From Candidatus Bipolaricaulia bacterium (GTDB taxonomy: Bacteria; Bipolaricaulota; Bipolaricaulia; RBG-16-55-9; DRXL01), in contig JBKBIX010000003.1 of the NCBI GenBank assembly GCA_046293845.1, positions 1 to 39,001 on the forward strand: a stretch of DNA of 39,001 bases, written 5' to 3'. This document shows, piece after piece, positions 1 to 9,833 of this stretch (position 1 is its first letter; each line of letters starts with the position of its first letter). Below the pieces are notes generated by a model. It did not search any database. It was given only the letters and a program-made list of their open reading frames with translations, and had not been told where the DNA came from. The translations under genes were made by a program, and so were the position numbers.

Positions 1-129
1 GCCCTCCTTGTTTTTATAATTATATCACAAGACGACCAGAGTCTGACAACTGAGAACCGTCAAGGCTCTTGACGCAAGCTCTTCACAGGAGTAATAATAT
101 AATAAAAGAAAAAGAAGGAGGAACGACCT

Positions 130-1593
130 ATGCGCGGCATAGCGAAGGTGTTGCTCGGAGTGCTGGTAGGTGCTTTGTGGACAGGTGGAGTTCTTGCCCA
201 GTTTGGGCAAGGGCCAGATCTGATCGTCCAAGGGATCACAGTCACGCCAGAAAACCCCAAGCCCGGAGATGCCGTAACCATCGCCGTCACCATCGCTAAC
301 GTGGGCACCGAAGACATCACCACAAGCTTCTTCGTCTGCATCAGCGTCAATCTCATGCCCGACGTCGTCGCCACAGAATTGGGGCTCCCCCTGAACGAGC
401 TATTGCTCAGTCGTGAGCAAATCCGACGACTCGCACGCAACAGCCAAGCGACCGTGCAGGTCTCCTGGCAGGTCGCAGAACTCCCGCTTATCAGATTTCG
501 TGCCTCCGTTGATTGCGCGTTCAACCAGGTTCGCGAGCAGAATGAAGAGAACAACCGTTTCGAGCAAGCCCTGCGCATCGATGAAAAATATATTAATCAG
601 TGGTGGCTTGATCAGATCCAAGCCCGCCAGGCACACGAGATCACCTTAGGATCCCCAGAGATCGTCGTCGCAGTGCTCGACTCTGGAGTCGATTGGCAAC
701 ATCCAGAACTCGTTCATAATATCTGGGTCAACCCCAAAGAAATCCCCGACAACAATAAAGACGACGACGGCAACGGGTTTATAGACGACATTCACGGCTG
801 GGATTTCTATGATAATGACAATGACTCTCTCGAAGGGACACCTATAGATTTTCACGGGACGTCTGTGGCGGGGATCATCGCCAACGCTGCGGATAATATC
901 GGGCTGACGGGAGTGGCCCCGAACGTGAAGATCATGGACGTGCGGGCGTTCGATCCCAAGGGGCGAGCGACTATAGATGCTATCGTGAAAGCTCTCGATT
1001 ACGCTGTGAGCAACGGCGCACGCATCGTCAACATGAGCTTTGGCGCCTTAGGGTGCTTTGAGCCGCCAGGGCAGTTGCGCCAAGCGGTCGAGCGCGCACT
1101 CGACAGGGGAGCAATCTTGGTCGCTGCGGCAGGTAACTTCGGGGAAGCTCTTCCCAACTGCGTCTCCTACCCCGCAGCCTATCCCGGTGTCATCGCCGTA
1201 GGCGCGACGGGCACCGATGGCAACGTCACTAGCTACAGCCAAGGGGGCTCCAAGCTCGACGTGGTCGCCCCCGGCGGCGACATCAGCTACGAAAAATTCT
1301 TAGAGCTTGCTGCCAAGATCGAGAATTTTGAGCAGTTCCTGCCGCTCTTGAAGACCGCCATCTTGACACCGTACCCGTTTGGAGGCTATGGGCCGTTCTT
1401 CGGTACGTCAGCTTCAGCCCCGCACGCCAGCGGGGTCATCGCTTTAATACTCTCGGTCAACCCCAGGCTCTCCGCCACCGAAGCTGCTTTTATCCTCCGC
1501 TCTACCGCGACCAGCAGAAGCCCGCGCAGCCGCTACGGCTACGGCGTGGTCAACGCCCTGCGTGCCGTCCAGCAAGCCAGGGGCGGATTCTAA
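130..1593 (+). CDS. Secreted S8 subtilase with N-terminal CARDB-like Ig domain
   Basis: Signal peptide; PDLIV..NVG..V.E.NE.NN CARDB pattern; catalytic motifs VLDSG, HGTSVAG, AAGN, GTSAS; SD AAGGAGG upstream. Confidence 0.9.
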   Translation: MRGIAKVLLGVLVGALWTGGVLAQFGQGPDLIVQGITVTPENPKPGDAVTIAVTIANVGTEDITTSFFVCISVNLMPDVVATELGLPLNELLLSREQIRRLARNSQATVQVSWQVAELPLIRFRASVDCAFNQVREQNEENNRFEQALRIDEKYINQWWLDQIQARQAHEITLGSPEIVVAVLDSGVDWQHPELVHNIWVNPKEIPDNNKDDDGNGFIDDIHGWDFYDNDNDSLEGTPIDFHGTSVAGIIANAADNIGLTGVAPNVKIMDVRAFDPKGRATIDAIVKALDYAVSNGARIVNMSFGALGCFEPPGQLRQAVERALDRGAILVAAAGNFGEALPNCVSYPAAYPGVIAVGATGTDGNVTSYSQGGSKLDVVAPGGDISYEKFLELAAKIENFEQFLPLLKTAILTPYPFGGYGPFFGTSASAPHASGVIALILSVNPRLSATEAAFILRSTATSRSPRSRYGYGVVNALRAVQQARGGF

Positions 1594-1602
1594 GAAAAAA
1601 TA

Positions 1603-1633
1603 AGAGGGCCGGGCTTGAGAGGCTCGGCCCTCT
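1603..1633. terminator. GC-rich hairpin after the subtilase gene; it overlaps the miaB promoter
   Basis: agagggccgggc...gctcggccctct inverted repeat with an A-run on its left. Confidence 0.55.
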
Positions 1634-1643
1634 CTGCTATAGT
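1615..1643 (+). promoter_or_regulatory. sigma70-type promoter for the miaB operon
   Basis: TTGAGA-17-TATAGT with extended TG; ATG lies 9 nt downstream; no SD. Confidence 0.6.
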
Positions 1644-1652
1644 TTTATATCT

Positions 1653-2987
1653 ATGAGACGCTTCTATATCTACACGTGGGGCTGCCAGATGAACGAGCAC
1701 AAGTCCGAGGGCATGGCCGGGGTGCTTACCCACGCAGGATATCTTCCTGCTGACGACCCCGCCCACGCCGACGTCGTGCTCTTCAACACGTGCATGGTGC
1801 GCGAAAAGCCCGTCCATAAAATAATCTCTGAAGCGGGCGTCATCGCCCAACTCAAAGAGAAAAACCCCGATCTTGTGCTGGGCGTGGGCGGCTGCGTCGC
1901 CCAAGCCTTAAAAGAGAAGCTCTTTCACAAAAGCCCCGCGATCGACTTCGTCTTCGGCAGCTCCAATATCTCCCAGATCCCTGAACTTATTGAGCGCGCC
2001 CGCACTGAACGTGCCCTGGGCAAATCCACCTGGGTGATGGCTGTAGATACAATCCCCGATAAGATCGAGAATCTCCCGTTCCTACGGGCGAGCCGCTTCC
2101 AAGCCAAAGTCACGATCACCGAGGGATGTTCGAACTTCTGCTCGTTCTGCATCGTCCCCTACACCACGGGGCTATTGCGCAGCCGCCTCCCCGGCGATGT
2201 TATCGCTGAAGTGAGCGAACTTGCTGCCCAGGGCTACAAAGAAGTGCAGCTTCTGGGCCAGAACGTCGACTCCTACGGCACAGACCTCAAAGACCCCACT
2301 ATCACCTTCGCCAGTCTCCTGCGGGCCCTGACGGAGATCCCCATCCCCAGAATCCGCTTCACCAGCTCGCATCCCCAAGATATCACCGATGAGGTCATCG
2401 CCATCGTGGGTGAAGAGAATAATATCTGCGAGCACGTGCACATGGCCGTGCAGTCCGGCAGCAATAGGGTCTTAGCTGATATGCGCCGCGGCTACACCAA
2501 AGAGCAGTTTTTAAAGCTCGTGCGCGACTTGCAAGAGCGCGGCGTCACCGTCACCACAGATATTATTGTCGGCTTCCCCACCGAGACCGAGGAAGACTTC
2601 CAAGAGACAGTAGATTTGGTGAAGCAAGCGCGCTTTGGCGGCGCGTTCATCTTCAAGTACTCCCCAAGACCCGGTACGATCGCGTACTATAAGTATCGTG
2701 ACGTCGTGCCCGATGACGAGAAGCAGCGTCGCTTAGAGATTCTCCTAGCACTGCAAAAACAGATCACCGACGAAGAGAACCGCAAGCGCGTCGGGCAGAC
2801 GGTCGAGGTCTTGGTCGAAGGCCCAGCCCGCGCTCAGGGATTTCTGATGGGCAAGACCCGCGATAATAGAACGGTCGTCTTCGAGGGTTCTTCAGATCTG
2901 ATCGGGGAACTCGTGCACGTCAAGATCACCCAAGGCTCGGTAGCAGGGCTGGCTGGCCAGCTCGTGCGCTCACGCGTTTTCGTATGA
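1653..2987 (+). CDS. miaB: tRNA-2-methylthio-N6-dimethylallyladenosine synthase
   Basis: GCQMN..S, NTC.VRE, radical SAM CSNFCSFC, RFTSSHP, C-terminal TRAM domain. Confidence 0.93.
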   Translation: MRRFYIYTWGCQMNEHKSEGMAGVLTHAGYLPADDPAHADVVLFNTCMVREKPVHKIISEAGVIAQLKEKNPDLVLGVGGCVAQALKEKLFHKSPAIDFVFGSSNISQIPELIERARTERALGKSTWVMAVDTIPDKIENLPFLRASRFQAKVTITEGCSNFCSFCIVPYTTGLLRSRLPGDVIAEVSELAAQGYKEVQLLGQNVDSYGTDLKDPTITFASLLRALTEIPIPRIRFTSSHPQDITDEVIAIVGEENNICEHVHMAVQSGSNRVLADMRRGYTKEQFLKLVRDLQERGVTVTTDIIVGFPTETEEDFQETVDLVKQARFGGAFIFKYSPRPGTIAYYKYRDVVPDDEKQRRLEILLALQKQITDEENRKRVGQTVEVLVEGPARAQGFLMGKTRDNRTVVFEGSSDLIGELVHVKITQGSVAGLAGQLVRSRVFV

Positions 2988-3928
2988 TCATCACCGTTAC
3001 GCCCAACCCGACTATAGATAAGATCTATTGGATCGAGCGGCTAGAACTCGACGACGGCGAGATGCCGGTCATGCGTGCGACCCGGTCGTATCTGACCGCC
3101 GGGGGCAAGGGGATCAACGTCTCGATCTTTCTCGCGCGCATGGGGATAGAGAACATTGCCATGGGGTTTATCGCTGGGGAGACAGGACGCGCTGTGGAGC
3201 GCCGCGTCCGCGACGAGGGCATCACGACGAGCTTCATCTGGGTCGAGGGCGAGACCCGCACCAACGTCACGCTGCTAGAGCGGGGGCACGAGCAAAGACC
3301 CATTCAGATCACGGAGCAAGGGCCAACCGTCCCGCCCGGGGCGCTCAAGCGCTTTGTCACTCAATACAAGCGGGCACTGAATCGAGCGCGCTATGTCTTC
3401 TTAGGAGGGAGCTTGCCCCCTGGCGTGCCCGCCCAGTTCTATCAAGAGCTGACACATATAGCGCACCAGCGCCGCATCCCTGTTATCGTCAATGCTGCTG
3501 GGGAACCTCTCGCCCATGCGCTCCTCGAGAAGCCGTGGTTGGTCAAGCCCGACACGCGCCAGTACGCCGACGTCGCCGGGGCGTCGCTGCAGACCCCAGA
3601 AGAGATCCTCGCGGTGGGGAGGGAGTGGGTCGCACGCGGCATAGCAGCTCTCTTAGTCTCCCATCATATCACGCACGATCTGTTGATCACCCGCGAGGGC
3701 GCATGGGACTTGGAAGCCCGCGATGTGCAGTTTAAGAACCTCTTAGGAGCAGAAGATGCGCTTATCGCTGGGACGCTCAGCGCCACGGTGCAAGGTGCCG
3801 TGCTTGAAGAAGCCGTTCGTATGGGGATGGCCGCGGCAACGGCCTGCGCCGAGAGCGAAGAATTGGTCGTAACGGATCGCCATCAGATCGAGCAGGCGCT
3901 CAGGAAGATCACCATCAGCAGAGTATGA
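2984..3928 (+). CDS. 1-phosphofructokinase-family (PfkB/FruK-like) protein with degenerate ATP-site motifs
   Basis: MIITVTPNP.ID, GGKGINV, TRTNV and GSLPPG present; GAED replaces GAGD. Confidence 0.85.
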   Translation: MIITVTPNPTIDKIYWIERLELDDGEMPVMRATRSYLTAGGKGINVSIFLARMGIENIAMGFIAGETGRAVERRVRDEGITTSFIWVEGETRTNVTLLERGHEQRPIQITEQGPTVPPGALKRFVTQYKRALNRARYVFLGGSLPPGVPAQFYQELTHIAHQRRIPVIVNAAGEPLAHALLEKPWLVKPDTRQYADVAGASLQTPEEILAVGREWVARGIAALLVSHHITHDLLITREGAWDLEARDVQFKNLLGAEDALIAGTLSATVQGAVLEEAVRMGMAAATACAESEELVVTDRHQIEQALRKITISRV

Positions 3929-3932
3929 GCGT

Positions 3933-4358
3933 ATGAAAGTCAAAGAGGTCATGACCCGCGATCTGACCGCTGCCGAGCCCTCGATGACTGTCCGAGAGCT
4001 CATCGAACTGTTTCACCGGAGCGGCCTCAGCAGCGTCCCAGTCGTCAACGAAGAGGGTCGTATCCTCGGGATCATCTCCGAGCGCGACATCATCGAGGGT
4101 GCCCTCCCAGGGTACTTCGAGGTGTTGCACGGCATCACGAATATGGGCCATCTGTCGCAAAAGCTGCGCGAGATCGAGCACGACCGCATCGAGTTCTATA
4201 TGACCCCTGACGTGATTAAGATCGAAGAAGACGAAGATGACCTCACGGCCGCGGACTTGATGATCCGCAAGAACGTCAAGGCGTTGCCAGTTGTCAACAA
4301 AGACGGTATCCTGGTAGGGATGCTGCGACGCATTGATTTGCTGAAAGATCTGCTATGA
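3933..4358 (+). CDS. Stand-alone CBS-pair protein
   Basis: KVKEVMT, PVVNEEG.ILGIISERD, LPVVNKDG.LVG. Confidence 0.9.
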   Translation: MKVKEVMTRDLTAAEPSMTVRELIELFHRSGLSSVPVVNEEGRILGIISERDIIEGALPGYFEVLHGITNMGHLSQKLREIEHDRIEFYMTPDVIKIEEDEDDLTAADLMIRKNVKALPVVNKDGILVGMLRRIDLLKDLL

Positions 4359-5455
4359 TTCCTCCCATTCAGCGCCGGATCGCGAAAGAAGTTCGAGTCG
4401 GCCCGCTCATCCTGGGCGGCAATCACCCTATCAGGGTGCAGTCCATGACCACGACCGACACGCGCGACGTCGACGCGACCGTCAGACAGATACAGAGATT
4501 AGAGCAAGCCGGCTGCGAGATCGTGCGAGTCGCCGTCTTAAATATGGATGCAGCGAATCAGCTCGCCAAGATTAAGCAGCGCATCAGCATCCCGTTAGTC
4601 GCTGATATCCACTTCGATCATCGCTTAGCACTGAAAGCCATTGAGCAAGGGGTAGACAAACTGCGGCTCAATCCGGGGAACATCACGGATCGCACGAAGA
4701 TCGAGCAAGTCGTCAAGGCTGCCAAAGATCGGGGAATCCCCATTCGGGTCGGGGTCAATTCGGGATCGCTCCCTAAAGATCTCTTAATCAAATATGAGGG
4801 CGCGACCCCCGAAGCGATGGTCGAGGCGGCCCTGCGCGAGATCGAAATTTTGGAAGACAATAATTTTTCAGATATTGTCGTCTCGCTGAAATCTACGGAC
4901 GTGCGGGTGATGATCGAGTCGTACAGGCTCATAGCGAAGCAGATCGAATACCCGTTGCATTTGGGCGTAACAGAAGCCGGGCTTGGGGACGCGGGGGTCG
5001 TGCGCTCGGCGCTGGGGATCGGGACGCTCTTAGAAGAGGGGATCGGCGACACCCTGCGAGTCTCGCTCACGGGCGATCCGGTGCGCGAAGTCAAGGTCGC
5101 CTATGATATTCTCGCGGCGCTGCACATCCGATGGCGCGGGATTCAGTACACGTCCTGTCCGACCTGTGGACGGATCGGGATCGATTTAGAGAAGATCGTT
5201 TCAGAGGTGCAGAAGCGCTTAGAGCACGTAGATAAGCCCATAAAAATCTCGCTCATCGGCTGTGTTGTGAACGGCCCTGGGGAGGCATTACATTCGAACA
5301 TTGGGCTGGTGGGGCACGAGAAGTCCGGGACGATCTATGTTGATGGAAAACCCTACAAGCGTGTGCCGGAAGATCAGCTTGTAGACGAGCTGGTCAAGGT
5401 CGTGATGGAGTATGAGGGAGAGGGCCCTCACCCCCGGCCCCTCTCCCGTGGGTGA
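4355..5455 (+). CDS. ispG: (E)-4-hydroxy-3-methylbut-2-enyl-diphosphate synthase
   Basis: VQSMT, ADIHFD, RLNPGN, HLGVTEAG, SCPTCGR, GCVVNGPGE. Confidence 0.96.
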   Translation: MIPPIQRRIAKEVRVGPLILGGNHPIRVQSMTTTDTRDVDATVRQIQRLEQAGCEIVRVAVLNMDAANQLAKIKQRISIPLVADIHFDHRLALKAIEQGVDKLRLNPGNITDRTKIEQVVKAAKDRGIPIRVGVNSGSLPKDLLIKYEGATPEAMVEAALREIEILEDNNFSDIVVSLKSTDVRVMIESYRLIAKQIEYPLHLGVTEAGLGDAGVVRSALGIGTLLEEGIGDTLRVSLTGDPVREVKVAYDILAALHIRWRGIQYTSCPTCGRIGIDLEKIVSEVQKRLEHVDKPIKISLIGCVVNGPGEALHSNIGLVGHEKSGTIYVDGKPYKRVPEDQLVDELVKVVMEYEGEGPHPRPLSRG

Positions 5456-5494
5456 GCCACGGGAGAGGGGTGCCCGCAGGGCGGGGTGAGGGCC
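5423..5494. repeat. BoxC/REP-like palindromic element, copy 1 (72 bp)
   Basis: ggccctcacccc..cccctctcccgtgg-gtgag-ccacgggagagggg..ggggtgagggcc. Confidence 0.85.
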
Positions 5495-5504
5495 TCGACT
5501 TGAT

Positions 5505-5864
5505 ATGCAATTTCTCTGGACGCTCTTTAACGCGCTGATCGGGACGCTCTCGTTTCTCGCGTCCGTGCTGATGCTCAAGCGCCTGTGGGGGCTGATGCCC
5601 CTATCGCTGCGCGGCCTCGTGCGCAACGGGATCGCGTTGGTTTTCTTTATTTTAGGTGTGCTCGGCTCGATCTTGCCGATCATGCCGGGGTTCGTCTTCT
5701 TTCTCTTAGCATTGCTCGTGATGGACGTCCCCCAGAAGCGCGTCGCGCTGAGACGCCTGCAGCACAGTTGGCTGATTCAGAAGCTCTTACAGAATAAATC
5801 GTTCGCACAGACGTGGCGGAGCTTACGGCGCTTTGTGCGGCGCACCAGCCGCGCCTCTTCTTAA
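5505..5864 (+). CDS. Small membrane protein (PGPGW/DUF454-like)
   Basis: Hydrophobic segments with G.LG.ILPIMPG motif and basic tail; fits the operon. Confidence 0.6.
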   Translation: MQFLWTLFNALIGTLSFLASVLMLKRLWGLMPLSLRGLVRNGIALVFFILGVLGSILPIMPGFVFFLLALLVMDVPQKRVALRRLQHSWLIQKLLQNKSFAQTWRSLRRFVRRTSRASS

Positions 5865-5901
5865 CTGAGTTTGCGCACAGCACGTTAGCAAGGAGGTCTG
5901 T

Positions 5902-7644
5902 ATGCGATTCTCGCACGCGCTCATCCCGACGCTGCGCGACGCCCCAAAAGACGCAGAGCTCATCAGCCATAAGCTCCTGATTCGCGCCGGCTTTATTCGC
6001 CCTATAGCAACGGGTATCTACACGCTACTCCCATTAGGACAAAAAGTCCGACTCAAGATCGAAAAGATCATCCGCGAAGAGATGGACGCCATTGGCGGCC
6101 AAGAGATCTCCATGCCCATCGTTCAGCCAGCAGAATTGTGGCAAGAATCAGGACGTTGGTATCAGTACGGCCCAGAATTAGTGCGTTTCAAAGATCGCTC
6201 TGAACGCGATCTCGTCTTGGCGACAACACACGAAGAGGCTGTCACGGACATCGTGCGCCGCGAAGTCAGATCATATCGTCACGTCCCATTAGTGCTCTAT
6301 CAGATTCAGACAAAATTTCGCGACGAGCCGCGCCCGCGCGGTGGGCTTATGAGAGTTCGAGAGTTCACCATGAAAGACGCGTATAGCTTTCACAGTACTG
6401 ACGAAGACTTGGACGCTTTCTATCCGAAGATCCGCCAAGCGTATGAGAGGATCTTCAAGCGTTGTGGGCTCGATCCCGTCATCGTTCAGGGCGACCCAGG
6501 GTTGATCGGCGGGAGAGACTCGCACGAATTTATGCTGCTCAGCGACGCAGGGGAAGACCAAATCGCTCTGTGTGAGCAGTGTCGCTACGCAGCGAATCGC
6601 CAGATCGCCAAAAGATTCAAAGCCCCGGTCAACCCCACAGAACCCATGCTCCCGCTCGAAGAGGTCGCTACCCCAGAATGCGAGAGCATTCAGTCCCTCG
6701 CAGCATTTCTCAAGATTACCCCAGGGCGTACAGCAAAAGCCGTCTTCTACATAGCTAATGAAACAGAGTTTATCTTCGCGCTCATTCGGGGCGACTTGGA
6801 AGTCAGCGAGACCAAGCTCGCTCACGTTACGCAAGCGCAACAGCTCCGCACTGCAACCGAAGATGAGATTCGCTCTATCGGCGCTGTGCCAGGATATGCA
6901 TCTCCTGTCGGCTTGCTCAAGCAGAGCACGATCAAGATCGTCGCCGACGACTCTGTTACTGCTGAGAGAAATCTCGTCTCCGGCGCAAATAGAGAGGGCT
7001 TTCATCTTAGAAACGTCAACTACGGGCGGGATTTCGTCGCAGATATCATCGCGGACATCGCGCTCGTCCGCGCGGGCGATCCCTGCCCACATTGCCACAG
7101 CCCACTCACCCTTCAAAACGCTATTGAGTTAGGGCACATCTTCAAGCTGGGCACGCGCTACAGCGAGGTGATGGGCGCAAAGATTCTCACCCAAGACGGA
7201 AGCGAAAGATTTCTCGTCATGGGCTGTTACGGGATCGGTGTCGGGCGGCTGATGGCTGCCGTCGTCGAAGCCCATCATGACGAGAAGGGCATCATCTGGC
7301 CGGAAGAGATCGCGCCGTTTCAGATCGCCCTGCTCGTGCTCAATACAGACCGAGCCGAGCAAACAGAGCTCGCTGATAAGCTCTACGCTCTCTTGTGCGC
7401 TGCGGGCTTTGAGGTGCTCTACGATGATCGTTCAGAGAGCGCCGGAGTGAAATTTAACGACGCTGATCTGATAGGGATTCCGTATCGCATGGTGATCGGC
7501 CCGCGCAGTCTCCAAACCAAGACGATAGAGCTGCGACGACGTCGTGACGGGACCAAGCGCGAGCTCTCGTACGAGCAGGGGCTGGACGCTTTCGTCCAAA
7601 CGCTGAGAACAGAACTGGCACGATCACCCTCAGCTCCCGTATAA
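5902..7644 (+). CDS. proS: Proline--tRNA ligase (bacterial type with editing insert)
   Basis: SHKLLIRAG, THEE, KFRDE.RPR.GLMRVREF.MKDAYSF, MGCYGIG; SD AAGGAGG. Confidence 0.97.
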   Translation: MRFSHALIPTLRDAPKDAELISHKLLIRAGFIRPIATGIYTLLPLGQKVRLKIEKIIREEMDAIGGQEISMPIVQPAELWQESGRWYQYGPELVRFKDRSERDLVLATTHEEAVTDIVRREVRSYRHVPLVLYQIQTKFRDEPRPRGGLMRVREFTMKDAYSFHSTDEDLDAFYPKIRQAYERIFKRCGLDPVIVQGDPGLIGGRDSHEFMLLSDAGEDQIALCEQCRYAANRQIAKRFKAPVNPTEPMLPLEEVATPECESIQSLAAFLKITPGRTAKAVFYIANETEFIFALIRGDLEVSETKLAHVTQAQQLRTATEDEIRSIGAVPGYASPVGLLKQSTIKIVADDSVTAERNLVSGANREGFHLRNVNYGRDFVADIIADIALVRAGDPCPHCHSPLTLQNAIELGHIFKLGTRYSEVMGAKILTQDGSERFLVMGCYGIGVGRLMAAVVEAHHDEKGIIWPEEIAPFQIALLVLNTDRAEQTELADKLYALLCAAGFEVLYDDRSESAGVKFNDADLIGIPYRMVIGPRSLQTKTIELRRRRDGTKRELSYEQGLDAFVQTLRTELARSPSAPV

Positions 7645-7660
7645 TTGGCTGACTGCTGCT

Positions 7661-8188
7661 ATGGCTCTGAGAATCCGAAAGTACCCAGATCGAATCTTGC
7701 GCCGGCGCGCACAAGAGATCTCGGTCATTGACGACGAGATCAAACGTCTCGCTGATCAGATGATCGAGACGATGGTCCTGGCCAAGGGTTATGGCTTAGC
7801 CGCGCCACAAGTGGGCGTGCTCAAACGCATCATCACCATTGACGTCGAAGACGACTTCTACGCGCTCATCAACCCGGAGATCATACAGAAGAGCGACGAG
7901 ATGGAGATTTGGGTCGAGGGGTGCTTGAGCATCCCCGGCATCGAAGCGGAATTTGCGCGCCCGGCAAAAGTGACCGTGCGCGCGCTCGACCCCGACGGCA
8001 ACGAGATTCTGTTAGAGCGCGACGGGCTAGCCGCACGGGTCCTGCAGCACGAGATTGATCACTTAGATGGTGTGCTCTTCATTGACCATCTCAGCCAGAC
8101 GAAGCGCCTGATGCTGCTCAAAGAATACGAACGCTTGCAGAAAGAGGGGCCGAAAGCCCGAAAGAAAGAAGGGGCCAAAGTCTTCTGA
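7661..8188 (+). CDS. def: Peptide deformylase
   Basis: G.GLAAPQ, EGCLS, QHEIDHL. Confidence 0.97.
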   Translation: MALRIRKYPDRILRRRAQEISVIDDEIKRLADQMIETMVLAKGYGLAAPQVGVLKRIITIDVEDDFYALINPEIIQKSDEMEIWVEGCLSIPGIEAEFARPAKVTVRALDPDGNEILLERDGLAARVLQHEIDHLDGVLFIDHLSQTKRLMLLKEYERLQKEGPKARKKEGAKVF

Positions 8189-9102
8189 TGAACGTGATCT
8201 TCGTGGGCACAGCGCCGCTAGGCGTCCCTACCCTGCGCGCGCTCGCGCACACACACAACGTGCTTGCGGTCTTCACCCAGCCGGATCGGCCCGCCGGGCG
8301 CGGCTTAGCGCTCATGCCTCCCCCTATCAAAAGAGCTGCCCTGGAGCTGGGCCTGCCCGTCTACCAACCAGACAAGATCAACCGCGAAGCCGAGTTTATC
8401 AAGACTTTACATCCCGATGTCATCGTCGTCGTGGCGTTCGGGCAATTTCTCTCTAAAAGACTTTTAGCGATCCCGAAGTTCGGGTGTATCAATCTCCATG
8501 CGTCGCTGCTGCCCAAGTATCGCGGAGCCGCGCCGATCCACTGGGCGATCATCAACGGCGAGACTGAGACGGGATTAACGACCTTCATCTTGAGCGAAGA
8601 GATGGACGCCGGGGATATTCTGCTGCAAGAGAGAGTCCCCATCAGCGACGCAGACACGGCAGGCTCGCTGCACGACAAGCTCGCAACGCTGGGACCGAAT
8701 CTCGTGCTCCAGACGCTCGAGGGCTTAGAAAAGGGCACGCTCACGCCGCGCCCGCAAGATCATTCCCAAGCGACGTTTGCCCCAAAGCTCGAGAGCACGG
8801 TGGGGCACATAGATTGGGGTCAGCCAGCGCGAAAGATCTTCAATCTCATTCGCGGGCTGAACCCATCTCCGGGAGCGTACACGTTCTGGGATGGGCAGCG
8901 CGTGAAGCTCTACGCCAGCCGCGTCGAGCCGAGCAGCTCGATCTTCCCTCCAGGCTGCGTGATCGACGCAGAGCGCCTTATAGTGCGCTGCGGCGAAGAT
9001 GCGCTTGAGTTACTAGAGGTGCAACCGGCAGGCAAGCGCCGCATGAGAGGAAAAGATTTCGTCAACGGCTATAAGATTCGCATCGGAGCAAGATTCGGAT
9101 GA
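8188..9102 (+). CDS. fmt: Methionyl-tRNA formyltransferase
   Basis: TQPDRPAGRG, INLHASLLPKYRGAAPI, MDAGD; directly follows def. Confidence 0.97.
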   Translation: MNVIFVGTAPLGVPTLRALAHTHNVLAVFTQPDRPAGRGLALMPPPIKRAALELGLPVYQPDKINREAEFIKTLHPDVIVVVAFGQFLSKRLLAIPKFGCINLHASLLPKYRGAAPIHWAIINGETETGLTTFILSEEMDAGDILLQERVPISDADTAGSLHDKLATLGPNLVLQTLEGLEKGTLTPRPQDHSQATFAPKLESTVGHIDWGQPARKIFNLIRGLNPSPGAYTFWDGQRVKLYASRVEPSSSIFPPGCVIDAERLIVRCGEDALELLEVQPAGKRRMRGKDFVNGYKIRIGARFG

Positions 9103-9141
9103 AACTTGCATCGGACCATGAGATTCTGTATGTTTGGGTGT

Positions 9142-9390
9142 ATGCGCACAACAATTACTCTCGATGACGACGTAGCAGCGCTTCTCAAGCGCCTGCAGGC
9201 ATCTTCCCAAAAGTCACTCAAGGAGTTGATCAATACAGCACTCCGCAAAGGGCTTGCTCAGCTGGAAGAACCCTCTCGAGCGCGACGTACGTATGTTGTG
9301 CGACCGCTCAGTGTGGGACGATGCCAGCTCAGCTCTCTCGACGACGTTGCTGAGGCTCTCGCTGTTGCCGAAGGCGAGGCACTCCGATGA
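9142..9390 (+). CDS. vapB: VapB-type (RHH) antitoxin
   Basis: MRTTITLDDDV, INTALRKGL; ATGA overlap with PIN gene; start revised to 9142. Confidence 0.85.
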   Translation: MRTTITLDDDVAALLKRLQASSQKSLKELINTALRKGLAQLEEPSRARRTYVVRPLSVGRCQLSSLDDVAEALAVAEGEALR

Positions 9391-9824
9391 TTCTCGTCGA
9401 CGCAAACATCCTGATCTACGCGCACGTACCAAGCTCGCCACACCATGAGGCTGCACGACGTTGGCTGGAAGACCAACTAAACAATACTCCACAAGTCGGG
9501 CTACCGTGGCCATCACTCTTAGCGTTTGTGCGCTTGGTGACTAATCCTCGTGTTTTCGAGCGCCCTGCGTCCATCGCTGAAGCTTGGAACTGCGTCGAGG
9601 AATGGCTGGCGCTTCCCTCAGTGTGGATTCCCTTACCCACAGAGCGTCACTCGCAGATTCTGGGAGATTTCCTAAAACGCGTAGTAGACCGCCCTGCCCT
9701 TGTTCCTGATGCGCACCTAGCAGCGCTCGCCATTGAGCATGATCTCATACTATGCAGCACAGATGGGGACTTCGCTCGGTTCCCTGGCTTGAGATGGTCG
9801 AACCCACTCCAGCAAGACACGTAG
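9387..9824 (+). CDS. vapC: VapC PIN-domain toxin
   Basis: ILVDANILIYA, DAHLAALAIEH, STDGDFARF. Confidence 0.92.
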   Translation: MILVDANILIYAHVPSSPHHEAARRWLEDQLNNTPQVGLPWPSLLAFVRLVTNPRVFERPASIAEAWNCVEEWLALPSVWIPLPTERHSQILGDFLKRVVDRPALVPDAHLAALAIEHDLILCSTDGDFARFPGLRWSNPLQQDT

Positions 9825-9833
9825 AATTCAGCT

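Noticed and set aside
5453-5494. ispG TGA beside a hairpin, suggesting selenocysteine or read-through
   Set aside because: IspG is already complete, and the hairpin belongs to the dispersed repeat family.
6289-7116. Long antisense or alternative-frame ORFs (this one, also 3028-3735, 25501-26175, 35115-35825)
   Set aside because: They overlap well-supported genes, lack motifs and are expected at this GC content.
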